Below, in pieces: positions 13,055-26,000 of a stretch of 64,000 bases of DNA (positions are counted from its first letter, which is position 1; each line of letters begins with the position of its first letter). The notes under the pieces were generated by a model. That model was not told the origin of the DNA, made no database searches, and saw nothing but the letters and a program-made list of their open reading frames with translations. The stretch lies in assembly GCF_009914755.1 (NCBI RefSeq), contig NC_060947.1. One strand, written 5' to 3'. The stretch comes from the human T2T-CHM13v2.0 reference genome, Homo sapiens. The translations under genes were made by a program, and so were the position numbers.

Positions 13055-14140
13055 AGAAACCTTCATGACCTTGGGCTAAGCAAAATACCTTACACATATC
13101 AAAAGCCCATATAACAAAAATAGATACCTTGGACTTGATCACAATGAGAAATTTTTGTGCCTCAAATGATACTATGAAGAAAATGAAAAGATAATCCACA
13201 GAATGGAGGAAAAGATGGGCAAATCATATCGCTGATGAAAGGCTTGTATCCAGAAAATATAAAGAACTCTTGAAACTGAAAAATTTTAAAAAAAATTTAA
13301 AAATAAGCAAATAACCTAAATAAATAGTTCTCCAAATAAGATATAGGAATGGCCAATAAGCACCTGAAAAGATGATTAACATCATTAGTCTTTAGGGAAA
13401 TTCAAGTGAAAGCCAAAATGAGATACTACTTCACACTCACTAAAATGAAAGAATAAAAAAGACAGATAATAAAAAGCATTGGCTAGGATGTGGAAAAATT
13501 GGAACCCTCATACACTGGTAGTGGGAATGGTACATTTGGAAAACAGTCTGGCAGTTCCTCAGATGATTAAACAGGGTTACCATATGATCAAGCAATTCCA
13601 CACTGAGGTATATATCTAAGAGAAATGAAAACAAATGTGCACAGAAAAAATTGTACACACATGTACATTGCAGCATTATTAATAGTCAAAAATTGTGAAC
13701 AACCCAATGCCCATCAATAGATGAATGGATAAACAAAATGTGATATATCCGTAAAATGGAATATTATGCAGACATAAAAAAATCAAGTACTGATGCATGC
13801 TACAACATAGATGAACTGTAAAATATTATGCTAAGTGAAGGAGGCCAGACACAAAATGCCACATATTGTATGAGTCAATTTTTATGAAATGTCCAGAATA
13901 GGCAAATCCACAGAGACAGAAAGGAGGTTAATGGCTGCCTGGGGCCGGAGGTAGGGTGATACAGGGAATGATGCTAATGGGTACCTGGTTTCTTTTAAGG
14001 GTGGTGAAAATGTTCTAAAATGGATTGTGGTGATGATTGTACAGCTCTGAATATACTAAAAACTGTTGAATTTTAAACTTAAGTGTGTGAATTTTGTGGT
14101 GTGTGAATTATATCGCAATAAAGCTATTTTTTAAAAAAGA
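13055..14140 (+). mobile_element. L1MB-type 3' end
   Basis: atggccaataagcacctgaaaagatg; gatgaatggataaacaaaatgtg; ends gaattatatcgcaataaagctattttt. Confidence 0.85.
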
Positions 14141-14420
14141 ATATGTTGGGCCTTGCAATTTATACAAAGATGAATAAAGCACATTCCTTCAGTGATGGCC
14201 CTCACTATTTATTAGGAGGGTTAGGAAGTGCACAAAATTAGCATTCCTGGCTCCATTTTATGTCCCCACCCTTGCTTTTTTAAAATTCCATTTTAAATAC
14301 ATGATGTGTGTTTATATTTGATTTACCCTTACAAATCACTTCCAATTTCTGGGACGAGATGAACTAAAGAAAAAACTTCAAATAATGGTAATACAAAGAA
14401 GAAAGTGTTCAGTGCCATAA

Positions 14421-14456
14421 GAGATTTAGATGGGGACACATAGCCAAACCATATCA
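14421..14456 (-). repeat. Inverted copy of the THE1 LTR 5' end
   Basis: gagatttagatggggacacatagccaaaccatatca is the reverse complement of tgatatggtttggctatgtgtccccatctaaatctc. Confidence 0.9.
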
Positions 14457-14461
14457 CCCTC

Positions 14462-14560
14462 ATACGTGCAAGATGGATGAATCTCAAAAACATAACGCTA
14501 AGAAGCCTTACACAAAAGAGTACATTTTATATGATTTCATGTATATACATTTCTAAATCA
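14462..14560 (+). repeat. 99-bp direct duplicate of 15922-16020
   Basis: 4 mismatches in 99 bp by manual alignment; flanked by the 12-bp direct repeat atcaccctcata (14453-14464, 14557-14568). Confidence 0.95.
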
Positions 14561-14563
14561 CCC

Positions 14564-14942
14564 TCATATGGTTTGGCTTTGTGTCCCCACTGAAATCTCA
14601 CCTTGAATTGTACTTCCCATAATCCCCACGTGTCATGGGAGGCACCCGGTAGGAGGTAATTGAATCATGGGGGCAGTCCCCACTCCATGCTGTTTTCGTG
14701 ATAGTGAGTGAGTTCTCACGAGATCTGATGGTTTTATAAGGGGCTTTCCCCCTTTTTGCTCTGCACTTCCCCTTGCTACTGTCATGTGAAGAAGGACGTG
14801 TTTGCTTCCCTTTCCGCCATGATTGTAAGTTCCTGGGGCCTCCCCAGCCATGCTGGACCATGAGTCCATTAAACCTCTTTCCTTTATAAATTATCCAGTC
14901 TTAGGTATGTCTTTATTAGCAGTGTGAGAACGGACTAATACA
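14564..14942 (+). mobile_element. THE1 solo LTR (MaLR)
   Basis: atatggtttggct.tgtgtcccca...tctcacgagatctgatggttttataaggg...gagaacggactaataca. Confidence 0.92.
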
Positions 14943-14993
14943 GGGGAGAAGTAAAGAGCATTTATGGAAAGGGAAAAATAAGAGTGCCCTATC

Positions 14994-15640
14994 TGTCAGT
15001 GAATCTTTGTTTCCCTGATCTCCTAATTAACCACAGGAGAAACAAGTCAGAAGACACATAAATGGATCCCAGAGGGACTTCGGTAGAACCAGTGAGTAGC
15101 TGTATGTTCAAATCTGATGAACTCTGAGAGCCTGGGTTATGTCGAGGACTGAATTCTTAGGTAGTTTGGGCTCTGCTGGGCTGTATCATGCACTGGCAGC
15201 TAACCCAATGGTAGGATGAGGAAAGTAATGCAAGCCTCTTAAGCTGGAGTGTGCCTGCAACCTGCACCTGACCAGCACTGAGCAAGTGGAAACATGAGAG
15301 TTGTTTGCCATTAAGCAAGCCTACAGAGGAAAAGCCAGATATGGGGAGGTGAGTCTTCAGCATGTCAGCTTCAGGCGAAGCTCAGCTGTTGGCACAGCAG
15401 GCACTGGGCTCTCTGCTCAGAAACTGTCAGGAACATTATAATTAAACATCCCCGCCTCTCCCTGACCAGGGCTGACAGCTGTGAGAACAGAGCTGCTAGG
15501 AGAGGCACACATATTCTTGAATCAATTCTGATACAGGAAGGGGGTGGGAATCATCCCACCTCCACAATTTCCAGAATAAAGGGCACTTCTATTCCTGGGA
15601 AACCCATGAGTCAGAGATTCCAAAGGCATCTTGGATGATA
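14994..15640. mobile_element. Possible ancient LTR (LTR78/79-like)
   Basis: TGTCA start, end aggcatcttggatgata, internal TATA-like and aataaa motifs; family assigned from weak recall only. Confidence 0.35.
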
Positions 15641-15649
15641 GAAGTACTT

Positions 15650-16200
15650 TTCTACACTTTGGAAAAAATATGGCAGTTTTTTATAAAGTTATGTACACCG
15701 CTATCTTGTGATCCATCAATTCACCTCCTAGGTATTTAGCCAAGACAAATGACAACATATGCCCAGAAAAAGACTTGAATATGATTGTTCATATCAGCTT
15801 TATTCATAATAGCCCAAAGTGGAGACAGCTCAAGTATTCATCAATAGACTAATGGATAAACAAAGTATGATTTACTCATACAATGGAATACCACTCAGCA
15901 ATAAAAAGGGACGCATTATTAATACATGCAAGATGGATGAATCTCAAAAACATTATGCTAAGAAGCCTTACACAAAAGAGTACATTTTGTATGATTTCAT
16001 GTATATACATTTCTAAATCAGGAAAAATCTATGGTGGAAAAATTTAGAACATGAATTACATTTGAGGGGGTTGGGGGCAGAAAATAGCTGGAAAGGGGGA
16101 ATAGGAGGGGACATTATATGGTGATGATCATGTTGTATCACTTCATAGGGGTTTGGTTTGCATGGGTATATGCATTTCTCAAAACTCAGTGAATGCACAT
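15650..16200 (+). mobile_element. Old L1 (L1MD/ME-type) 3'UTR
   Basis: cagctttattcataatagcccaaagtgga; catacaatggaataccactcagcaataaaaagg. Confidence 0.75.
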
Positions 16201-16330
16201 CAAAAAGAAAAACAGAATGGGAAAGAAAATGAAAAATACATGTCATGTTGGGGGCAGGGGGGATGTTGGACATTATCAGATTTGAATTTTTAAAAGTCAG
16301 TCTGAAACAACCAATTAAAAGTGGGTAAAA

Positions 16331-16802
16331 TCTTTTTTTTTCTTTTTTTTATTATTATTATACTTTAAGTTTTAGGGTACATGTGCACAATGTGCAGGTT
16401 AGTTACATATGTATACATGTGCCATGCTGGTGTGCTGCACCCATTAACTCATCATTTAGCATTAGATATATCTCCTAATGCTATCCCTCCCCCCTCCCCC
16501 CACCCCACAACAGTCCCCAGAGTGTGATGTTCCCCTTCCTGTGTCCATGTGTTCTCATTGTTCAATTCCCATCTATGAGTGAGAACATGCAGTGTTTGGT
16601 TTTTTGTCCTTGTGATAGTTTACTGAGAATGATGACTTCCAATTTCATCCATGTCCCTACAAAGGACATGAACTCATAATTTTTTATGGCTGCATAGTAT
16701 TCCATGGTGTATACATGCCACATTTTCTTAATCCAGTCTATCATTGTTGGACATTTGGGTTGCTTCCAAGTCTTTGCTATTGTGAATAGTGCCGCAATAA
16801 AC
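16331..16802 (-). mobile_element. 5'-truncated young L1PA (PA3-like), inserted in an older L1
   Basis: Poly(T) then attatactttaagttttagggtacatgtgcacaatgtgcagg...; TSD aaaagtgggtaaaa(t)cttt at 16317-16335 and 16839-16856. Confidence 0.95.
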
Positions 16803-16856
16803 AAAATAAATAAATAAATAAATAAAACAAAATAAATAAAAAGTGGGTAAAACTTT

Positions 16857-17154
16857 AAACACATTTTACTAAAGCAGATATATGGATGGAAAATAAGCAC
16901 ATGAAAATATTTTCAGCATTATTTTCAATTAGCAAAATGCAAATTAAAGTCACAATGAGCTATCATTGAACACTATCAGAATGGCTAAAGTTAAAAATAA
17001 TGACAATTCCAAGTGCTGGTGAAGATTGCAAACAACAGGACTTCTCATATATTACTGGTGGGAATATAGAACTGTACAGCCACCCTGGGAAACAGTTTGG
17101 CCTTTTTTTTTTTTAATTAAACGCACACTTGCCATATGACTGAGTAATCCTGCT
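16857..17154 (+). mobile_element. Old L1 ORF2 end; continues at about 17910-17960 and 20780-21075
   Basis: aataagcacatgaaaat...aaaatgcaaattaaa; gagaaatgaaaacttctgttcacacaaaaacc; aaactgtggtacatccatac. Confidence 0.7.
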
Positions 17155-17909
<755 letters not shown>

Positions 17910-17964
17910 CATTCCTGGGTTACCCCAGAGAAATGAAAACTTCTGTTCACACAAAAACCTAGGT

Positions 17965-18437
17965 AGGTAGCAAGAATGACTTGTCTCTGCTTTATGGTAT
18001 CTGAGGCCTTGGCTGGAATGTCTTGAATAGCTGGGGATGACTCAAATCTGGTGGGCTGGAAGCCTCTGGTGGCATCTTCACTCACATATCTGGCATATGA
18101 ACTGGGATAACTCAAAGACTACTTAGTGAAGACTGTTGACCATAGAACCTACAAATGACCTCTCCATGGGAGTGTTCAGAAGTGAGCATTCCAAGAGGAC
18201 CAGGTGGAAGCTGTATTGCCTTTTGTGCCTCAGAATCTGACCTAGCTTCAGAATCCATGCAGTGTCACTTTTACCACATTCTGTTGATTAATACAAGTCA
18301 CTAAGGCCAGCCCAAATTCAAGGGGAAAAGAATTAGACTGCACCTCTTGATAGGGGAGTGGCACGGTCACACTGCAAAAGAGCATGTGGGATAAGAGATA
18401 TGGTCACCTCTATCCTTGGAAAATATAATCTTCCATA
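17965..18437 (-). mobile_element. MLT1 LTR fragment
   Basis: ggccagcccaaattcaagggg...gactgcacctcttgatag...ggaaaatataatcttccata. Confidence 0.7.
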
Positions 18438-18541
18438 GTGAACAAATAAATTAATCTATGTAGAAATCTAGACAGCCACTGATTTTAAAAAACCCCACCA
18501 CAACAATATTAAATAATTTAGGATGTTAAAAATAAGATGGG

Positions 18542-20740
18542 ATTTCAGTACATTGAGCTTCATAGAGACAGCACCCAGGCAAGTGAGAGTTGGATGGACA
18601 CTGGGCAACTCTGTGCCTTGCTGATGAACTAATAACTAAACATGGCCAAAGGAGAGCCTAAGAAGCTGAAAGGCAAAATGTCATCATATGCATTCTTTGT
18701 GCAAACTTGCCGGGAGGAGCACAAAAAGTAGCACCCAGAAGATTCAGTCAGTTTCTCAGAGTTTTCTAAGAAGTGCTCAGAGAGATGGAAACCTGTCTGC
18801 AAAAGAGAAAAATTTGAAGACGTGGCAAAGTTGGGGGAGGCCTGTCACAAAAGAGAAATGAAACCTAAATCCCTCCTGAAGGGGAAACAAAAAAGTTCAA
18901 GGATCCCAACGCACTCAAGAGGCCTTCTGGAGCCTTTATCTTGTTCGGTTCTGAGTACCGCCCAAAAATCAAAAATAACATCCCAGCCTATCCATTAGTA
19001 ACGTTGCAAAGAAACTGGGAGAGATGTGGAATAACACTGCTGCAGACAATAAGCAGCCATGTGAAAGGAAGGCTGCAAAGCTGAAGGAAAAATATGACAA
19101 GGATATCGTTGTACACGGAGCTAAAGGAAAGCCTGATGCAGCAAAAAAGAAAGCCGTTGGGGCTGAGAAAAGCAAGAAAAAGAATGAAGAGGAGAAAGAT
19201 GAAGAGGATGATGTTGAGGAGGAAGATGATCATGAATAAGCTGGTTCTAGTGAAGCTTTTTTCTTTCTTGTCTGTAAAGCATTTAACCTCCCTGTACACA
19301 ATTCACTCCTTTTAAAGAAAAAAAAATTGAAATGTAAGGCTGTGTAAGATTTAACAACTAAACAGTGTCTTTTTTTGTATAGTTAGCACACTACCAAATG
19401 TGTAGTTAGCTAGCCCTGTCCTGATGGTATTTTCAATAGCCACTAATCTTGCTTGTTACAGCAAAGGGGTTGCAAATTGGCATGGAAATTTAAAGCGGGT
19501 TTATGTTGGTGCACAGCACAAATTAGTTATATATGGGATGACACCTTTTTCATCTTCAGTTCTCTCTGATGCAGCTTATACAAAATAATTGTTGTTTTGT
19601 TTACTAAATGCTAATTTTTAATTGCAAAAAAGTTGCAGCTGTTTTGTTTGACATTCTAAATGCTTCTAAGTAAATATAATTTTAAAAATTAATATTGTTG
19701 TCCTTTTCATAGGCCTGAAATTTTTCTTCCTGAGGGGGAAGCTAGCCTTTTGCTTTTGCCCATTTTGTATCACATGAATTATTACAGTGTTTATCTTTTC
19801 ATATAGTTAGCTGATAAAAAGGTTTTATCTAGACACCCTGCTTCTCATCATGGGAGTAATAAAAGTTAAATTGAGACCGTTTTCATCCATAACTCAATCC
19901 CCAAATCTTGATCAGTTGATAACAAATTTCATATAACCCACTTATATTTACAAAGGGAAGAGTAAACAAGCTACTCATAGCAAGGGGTTATGAGAATCAA
20001 ACATTTTGAAAGTCTGTTTTTGAAGGACTAATAGAAAAGTATGTTTTAATTTTTACATGAGGACTCTATATTCTTTCACTCCCATTACCATGTAATGGTA
20101 GTTATATTTTGCAGTTCCTACATTGAAGAAGAACTGAGAATGTATCCCCAAAAGCATGAGCTTAAAATACAAGACCACCATACTGAATATTTTTTTGTTG
20201 ATGTTAGTTCCATTGAAGACTGAGAGAGCTGGCTGTAAAGGTCTTTTCCCATTTCTCTAAATATGGATTGCTCAGGAAACTTGAGACTCTCCATTAAAAG
20301 TATTTCTAATTAATTGGGCCAGCTTTTAAAATGACAATGTCAGATTTAAAATAGGGTATATTTTCCTATAGTGCAGTTTACCTCTTTACAAATCAAATAG
20401 ATGTGAGGAAAGAAGACATTTAAGCTTTGCATCTCAGTATGAAGTATTCAATTTATTTGAATTTGATTTTTCTTTAAACTTATTAATTAGAGTCAGCGTC
20501 TTCTCTGATTAGCAGTTTAGGGAAATTTGACAATTTTGTGGGTTTTGAGATTATCATTATCTTAAAGTGCCAGTATTTTAAAATGGCATTCTTGTAATTT
20601 TACACGCTTTTGTGATGAAGTGATGTTTTGTTAAATAATTATGACTTACATTTTTTCCATTTGTATTTTTTATGTAGTTTTAGGAATAATACTGAAAATC
20701 TTAGTCATGGATGATACTAATATACTAACCATTGCAGAGT
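18542..20740 (+). pseudogene. HMGB1 processed pseudogene (5'UTR, disabled CDS 18642-19239, long 3'UTR)
   Basis: 5'UTR cagtacattgagct.catagagacagc; ATG at 18642 gives [29 protein letters not shown] then TAG at 18729 (K30*). Intronless, with frameshifts. Box B end and acidic tail remain in ORF 19024..19239. The 3'UTR matches recalled HMGB1 sequence to about gatactaat...attgcagag. Confidence 0.95.
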
Positions 20741-20849
20741 TTGCTTTTTAAAAGTTGGAAATAAAATATTAAATAACAATACATAAAAACCCTGGGCATC
20801 AATGTTTATAGAGGTTCTATTAATAATTGCCAAAAATTGGAAAATTGGA

Positions 20850-20914
20850 AAAATATTGGAAAAAACTTAACTGAAATCCTCTCCTTCAAACAAGAAATAA
20901 GTAACAAGAAAAAT
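20850..20914 (+). repeat. About 65-bp direct duplicate of 21067-21132
   Basis: aaaatattggaaaaaa.ttaactgaaatcctctccttcaaacaa.aaataagtaacaagaaaaat occurs at both sites; 19-bp flanking repeat aattgccaaaaattggaaa. Confidence 0.95.
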
Positions 20915-21399
20915 TGCCAAAAATTGGAAACAACACAAATATCCTTCAATAAGTGATAAACTGTGGTACATCCATACTACGGAATATTGTAGAATCTAGG
21001 TGATGGGTAGACAAATGTTCACTGTAAAATTCTTTCAAATTTTCTGTATCTTTGAAATTTCATAATAAAATATTGGAAAAAAATTTAACTGAAATCCTCT
21101 CCTTCAAACAAAAAATAAGTAACAAGAAAAATCCTTCATGAATCCAAGCCAGCAGCTCTCATTTGAAACTGAAGCACACCACATGCTTTCCACATTTGGT
21201 AAGAAGAACAAGTGGAAATAAGAAAATTAATCAAGGGAGAACCTTGCTGTCTTTCAGATAATTTGCAGAGCTTTGCTTTATTGTTTATGAGAAGAGAAAG
21301 TCACTCATTTCTCAGAAGACAAGAATCAGCATTTCTAGACTAAAAAAAAAGAGCCAGGTGCCTATTCCTTGATTTATTTGTAAAGCTGTGTGGCCAAGC

Positions 21400-21401
<2 letters not shown>

Positions 21402-21455
<54 letters not shown>
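21402..21455 (+). repeat. Pure poly(A), 54 nt
   Basis: Counted directly; no adjacent Alu or L1 3' end. Confidence 0.95.
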
Positions 21456-21458
<3 letters not shown>

Positions 21459-22242
21459 CAACCATATTCCAGGAGCCCTTCTTTTATTTCCCAGGTTGTG
21501 TATTGTGTATTTTATCATAGGTGTAGCAAAAGTCCTTTTGTCCTACCCTTCCTTCCCCAGTCCTCCAAATCCTATCCCTGTCTCTTCCTCATATTAAAAC
21601 CTGAAATCTATTCATAGATCCTAACCTTGAGATGTGGCTTTGATCCCTGCTAGGTGGGTAGGTAGACTCTTTAGCATAAATGCAAGATCTAAATGCAAAC
21701 AGGGTGGAGTTGAGTGGGGTGAAAGTCTTGTGAGGAGACTGCTTAAGTTATTTGGGTGTCTTGTGTGGAGGGGTAGAAGACGCGGCACACTTCAATTATT
21801 CCCACATTTATCTGCACAAATAACACATACAAGCTGTTGCATATATTAGTAATTTTTGGATCTCAAGTGAGTCTCTTGTACACAGCATATATAGACAGGA
21901 TCATGTTTTTTATCCATTCCATCAATTTTATCTTTTAGTTGTAGAATTTAATCCCTTAACATTTACAGTAACCGCTGACAAGGAAAGGCTTACTTCTGTA
22001 ATTTTACTTTGTCTTTTATATTTCTTATAATTTTTCTTCAGTGCTTCCATTACTGCCTTTTTTTGTGATTCATTGTTTTTTTTTTTCCCCTAGTGTTATG
22101 ATTCCCTTCTTGTACCTTTTTCTCTATGTTTTTAAGTTGTTTGGTTGTAGCCACTCTGGGGATTGCAGTTAACCCCTTAACTATAGCAATCAGGTTTGAA
22201 TTAACAAAAACTTAAGTTTCAATAGTATTAAAAAACTGCTGT

Positions 22243-22485
22243 CTTTGGGATGCTGGTGAGGGAAGATCACTTGAGCCTAGGAATTTGAAACCAGCTTGGG
22301 CAACAGAGGGAGACCCCGTTCTACAAAAAATAAAAAGCTGGGCATGGTGGCTCATGCCTATAATCCCAGCTACATGGGAGGCTGAGGCAGGAGGGTCACT
22401 TGAGCCCAGGAACTCCAGGCTACAGTGAGCTGTGATCATACCATTGTACTCCAGCCTGGGTGACAGAGTGAGACTTTACCTCAAA

Positions 22486-22486
<1 letters not shown>
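22243..22486 (+). mobile_element. 5'-truncated AluJ followed by (CA)n at 22487-22533
   Basis: gatcacttgagcc.agga, gaggctgaggcaggagggtcacttgagcccagg; CA tract at the tail. Confidence 0.9.
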
Positions 22487-22536
<50 letters not shown>

Positions 22537-22789
22537 AACTGCTGCTTTATAGCTCCATGCCCCCTTTATGTTGTTATTGTCACAAATTGCATCTTTACAC
22601 ATTTGTGTGCCCATTAAGATAGATTTATAATTATCATTTTATTTACTTGCTTTTTAAATCATATAGGGAAAAAATAGGAGTTACAAACCAAAAATGTTCA
22701 ATATTACTGGCTTTTATGTTTAACCATATGATCACAGCATGAGTAAATCCCACTGATGATGATGTATAATTCTTTTTCTATATTGCTGA

Positions 22790-23108
<319 letters not shown>

Positions 23109-24512
23109 TTATTTGTTAATATTCTTGAAGAATTTTACATCTATATTCATGAAAGATAATGGTCTGTAGTTTTCTTCCTTTTCCTCTTTCTTTCTGTTTC
23201 TTTTCTCTTTTTTAAAAACAATCTTTGTTTAATTTTGTTACCAGGGTAGTTTTAGTTTTGTAAAATGAATTGGAAAATACTCCTTCTCTTATTTTCTGGA
23301 AGAGATTGCATGGAAATGTGTTAATTCTTCTTTAAAATTTGGTATAATTCTCCAGTAAAACCATCTGGTTTTGGAAGTTTTTTTGGCATTATAAAAATAA
23401 TAATTCAATATTATTACTAGTTATGGGATTATTCAAATGCTACATTTTGTATTAGGTAAATTGCGGTACTTTATGTTTTCCAAGAAAGTGGTCCATTTAG
23501 TCTGAGTGGCCAAATTTATGTGTTAGAGTTTTTCATAGTATTCCCTTATTATCCTTTTGATTTCTGCAGGGTCTGTAGTGATATCTTTTGTTTCATTCTT
23601 GATATTAGTAATCTGTGTGTTTTCTTTTTTTGTCAGTCTTGGTACACATTTGTCAATCTTATTTATCTTTTTAAAGGACCAGCTCTTGGTTTCATTTTTT
23701 TTTCCCATTTTCATTGTTTTCTCCTCTTCATTATTTCTTTCTTTTTGCTTAATCTAGGCTTATTTTGTTCTTATTTTAGGTACTTGACGTAGGAGTTTAG
23801 ATATTAATTTGAGACCCTTCCTTTCTTTTAATCTATATGTGATGCTTTCCTTTCATTAACAATTTTGTAAGTCTGCAGTAGACACCTTACACCAGACAAA
23901 GACACCAGCTGACTTAAATGAAAAGCTAGGATTGAGAGGATAGTAGATGTTGGTGACATAAAGGAATCGAGGGTGCTACAGCAGGATAGCATGAGCTTTA
24001 GAGGCATTGACAATATAGTTGGGAACTCCAAGTTGATACATGAAATAATGAGTGCCTATTACAAGAATACCACTAAGTGTTAGCTTGAGTTGGTACAAGT
24101 GCTAGTGGTAGCAGGAGGAAGGAAAAATTGAGTGAACAATCACAAGAGGGTGGAAATGAGCATGAAGTAATTTCTGGTGACAGAGGCCTGTCTGCCTGAC
24201 AGAAGATCTTTATATAGGAGCAGGGAGAAATGGGGTTGGTGAATTAGGGTGGGGCCAGATATAAATGAACTGAAAAATCAGAAAGATTTGTAATTGATGT
24301 GGTAGGCTGATGGGCTGGCATTCATATGAAAGAAAAGGCAAGCTGCAGCCATGTTAGCTTTCTGCACTCACTCCTCTAACAAACTGATTGGCAGTTGCAA
24401 CTCCCCAGGCATGGTCTGTGGAATACGGCAAGGCAGAGAGCCATCTCCATAGGAGGGAACATACCTTAAAAAGTAATGGGGATAGGAGTAAAGAAAAAAA
24501 AAAAAAAAAACG

Positions 24513-24815
24513 GGACCGGGCACGGTGGCTCACGCCTGTAATCCCAGCACTTTGGGAGGCCAAGGCGGGTGGATCACCTGAGCTCAGAAGTTCAAGACAA
24601 GCCTGGCCAACATGGTGAAACCCCATCTCTACTAAAAATATAAAAAAATGGCCGAGTGTAGTGGCACATGCCTGTAGTCCCAGCTACTCAGGAGGCTGAG
24701 GCAAGAAAATTGCTCGAATCCGGGAGGCGGAGGTTGCAGTGAGCCAAGATTGCACCACTGCACTCTAGCCTGGGTGATAACAGCCAAACTCCATCTCAAA
24801 AAAAAAAAAAAAAGA
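24513..24815 (+). mobile_element. AluS (Sx-like)
   Basis: Full dimer with ggatcacctgag and A-tail. Confidence 0.95.
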
Positions 24816-25344
24816 AAAACTAACTTATGACAACCTAAGAACTCCAGAATTAGGAGATCAGATATAAAAAGATAATCTTTCTAGAGGAAAAGAGTAGTGC
24901 TGCAAACATACAAGAAATAATAAGATGAGGTCTTTTGGGGAGCTATCAATGACTGATTTTCTATCTTGTGTTTCCCCAAATGCTTAGTACACAGCCTCAT
25001 GCACTGATGATGTTCACCACACTTAAGCAGAAAAGAAATGATTTGTTTTGATTTAGCTTGCTGGTTCACATGATCCTGAAGCTCATAGAATATGATTAAG
25101 TGAATAAAATTATACCATCATGAAATTAGTTATTGAGCATCCACTACATGCCACATACCGTTACTAGACTAATAAAAAAGCAAAATAAAACAAAACTCTT
25201 TTCAGTGAGGATGCAAGACCTTGACCAAAATAGTTCTTAGACATTTAATACCATGCACTTCTAGGGTAGGCTATATACCTTCATCTTCCCAGAAAGATTA
25301 ATAGTGTCTATAATTTCAACTTTCAAGAGAAGATACAATCAAGA

Positions 25345-26000
25345 GAGGCAGTATTGCATAATATAAGAGCATGTACTTCCAAGTTTAGCTGCCTGTGTTT
25401 AAATCCTTGCTGTGTCTTTTACTTTGAGTTTGACTGTGGGCAAGTTACTTACCTTGTCTATGCTCTATATTACTCAATTATCAAATATAATAATAATAAT
25501 ACTGACCTAGGTTGTTGTATTTAACAATTTAATATAGATAAAATATTTCATTAGCTCTTGGCACATTGTATGCTTTTGGTTAATGTTAACTGCCGTTATT
25601 ATAATTACCCAGCCTCTCTTAAAAATCTACTTTTATTGATACTTGTTATTTATACCAGTTAGTTGCATATAGCCCTTAAACAAAAGTCTTATTGACTATA
25701 AATATACTGTTCTTATAGCTTTATGATAACTACTATTGTCCCTGTTGCTCAGCTGAGATAAATACAGAGAGATTGCCACAGGCTTTGGGGTCAGATTACC
25801 TGGGTTCTGAACTAAGTTCTACTTTAGACTAAGTGTGAGCCAGAACAAGTTATTTCAGCTCACCATGCCTTGGTTTTCTCACCTGTAATCGGGAATAATG
25901 TTATGTACCTCATAGAGTTGCTGTGAGGCTTAAATGGGATAATGGTTGTAAAGTATTTGGCACAGTGCCTGGCACAGAATAAGTAATAAATATTAGCTAA
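25345..26000 (+). mobile_element. Two MIR copies (about 25345-25600 and 25780-26000)
   Basis: gggcaagttacttacc; tacctcatagagttgctgtgagg.ttaaatg; gcacagtgcctggcaca. Confidence 0.75.

Noticed and set aside
14453-14568. CRISPR-like repeat-spacer unit or a new mobile element
   Set aside because: Single unit with a local donor; repair synthesis is the simpler explanation.
19024-19239. 71-aa HMGB1-like ORF as a real CDS
   Set aside because: Residual frame of a pseudogene with an upstream stop and frameshifts; no evidence of a promoter or of translation.
21312-21617. Poly-Lys and poly-Phe ORFs
   Set aside because: Artefacts of the A54 run.
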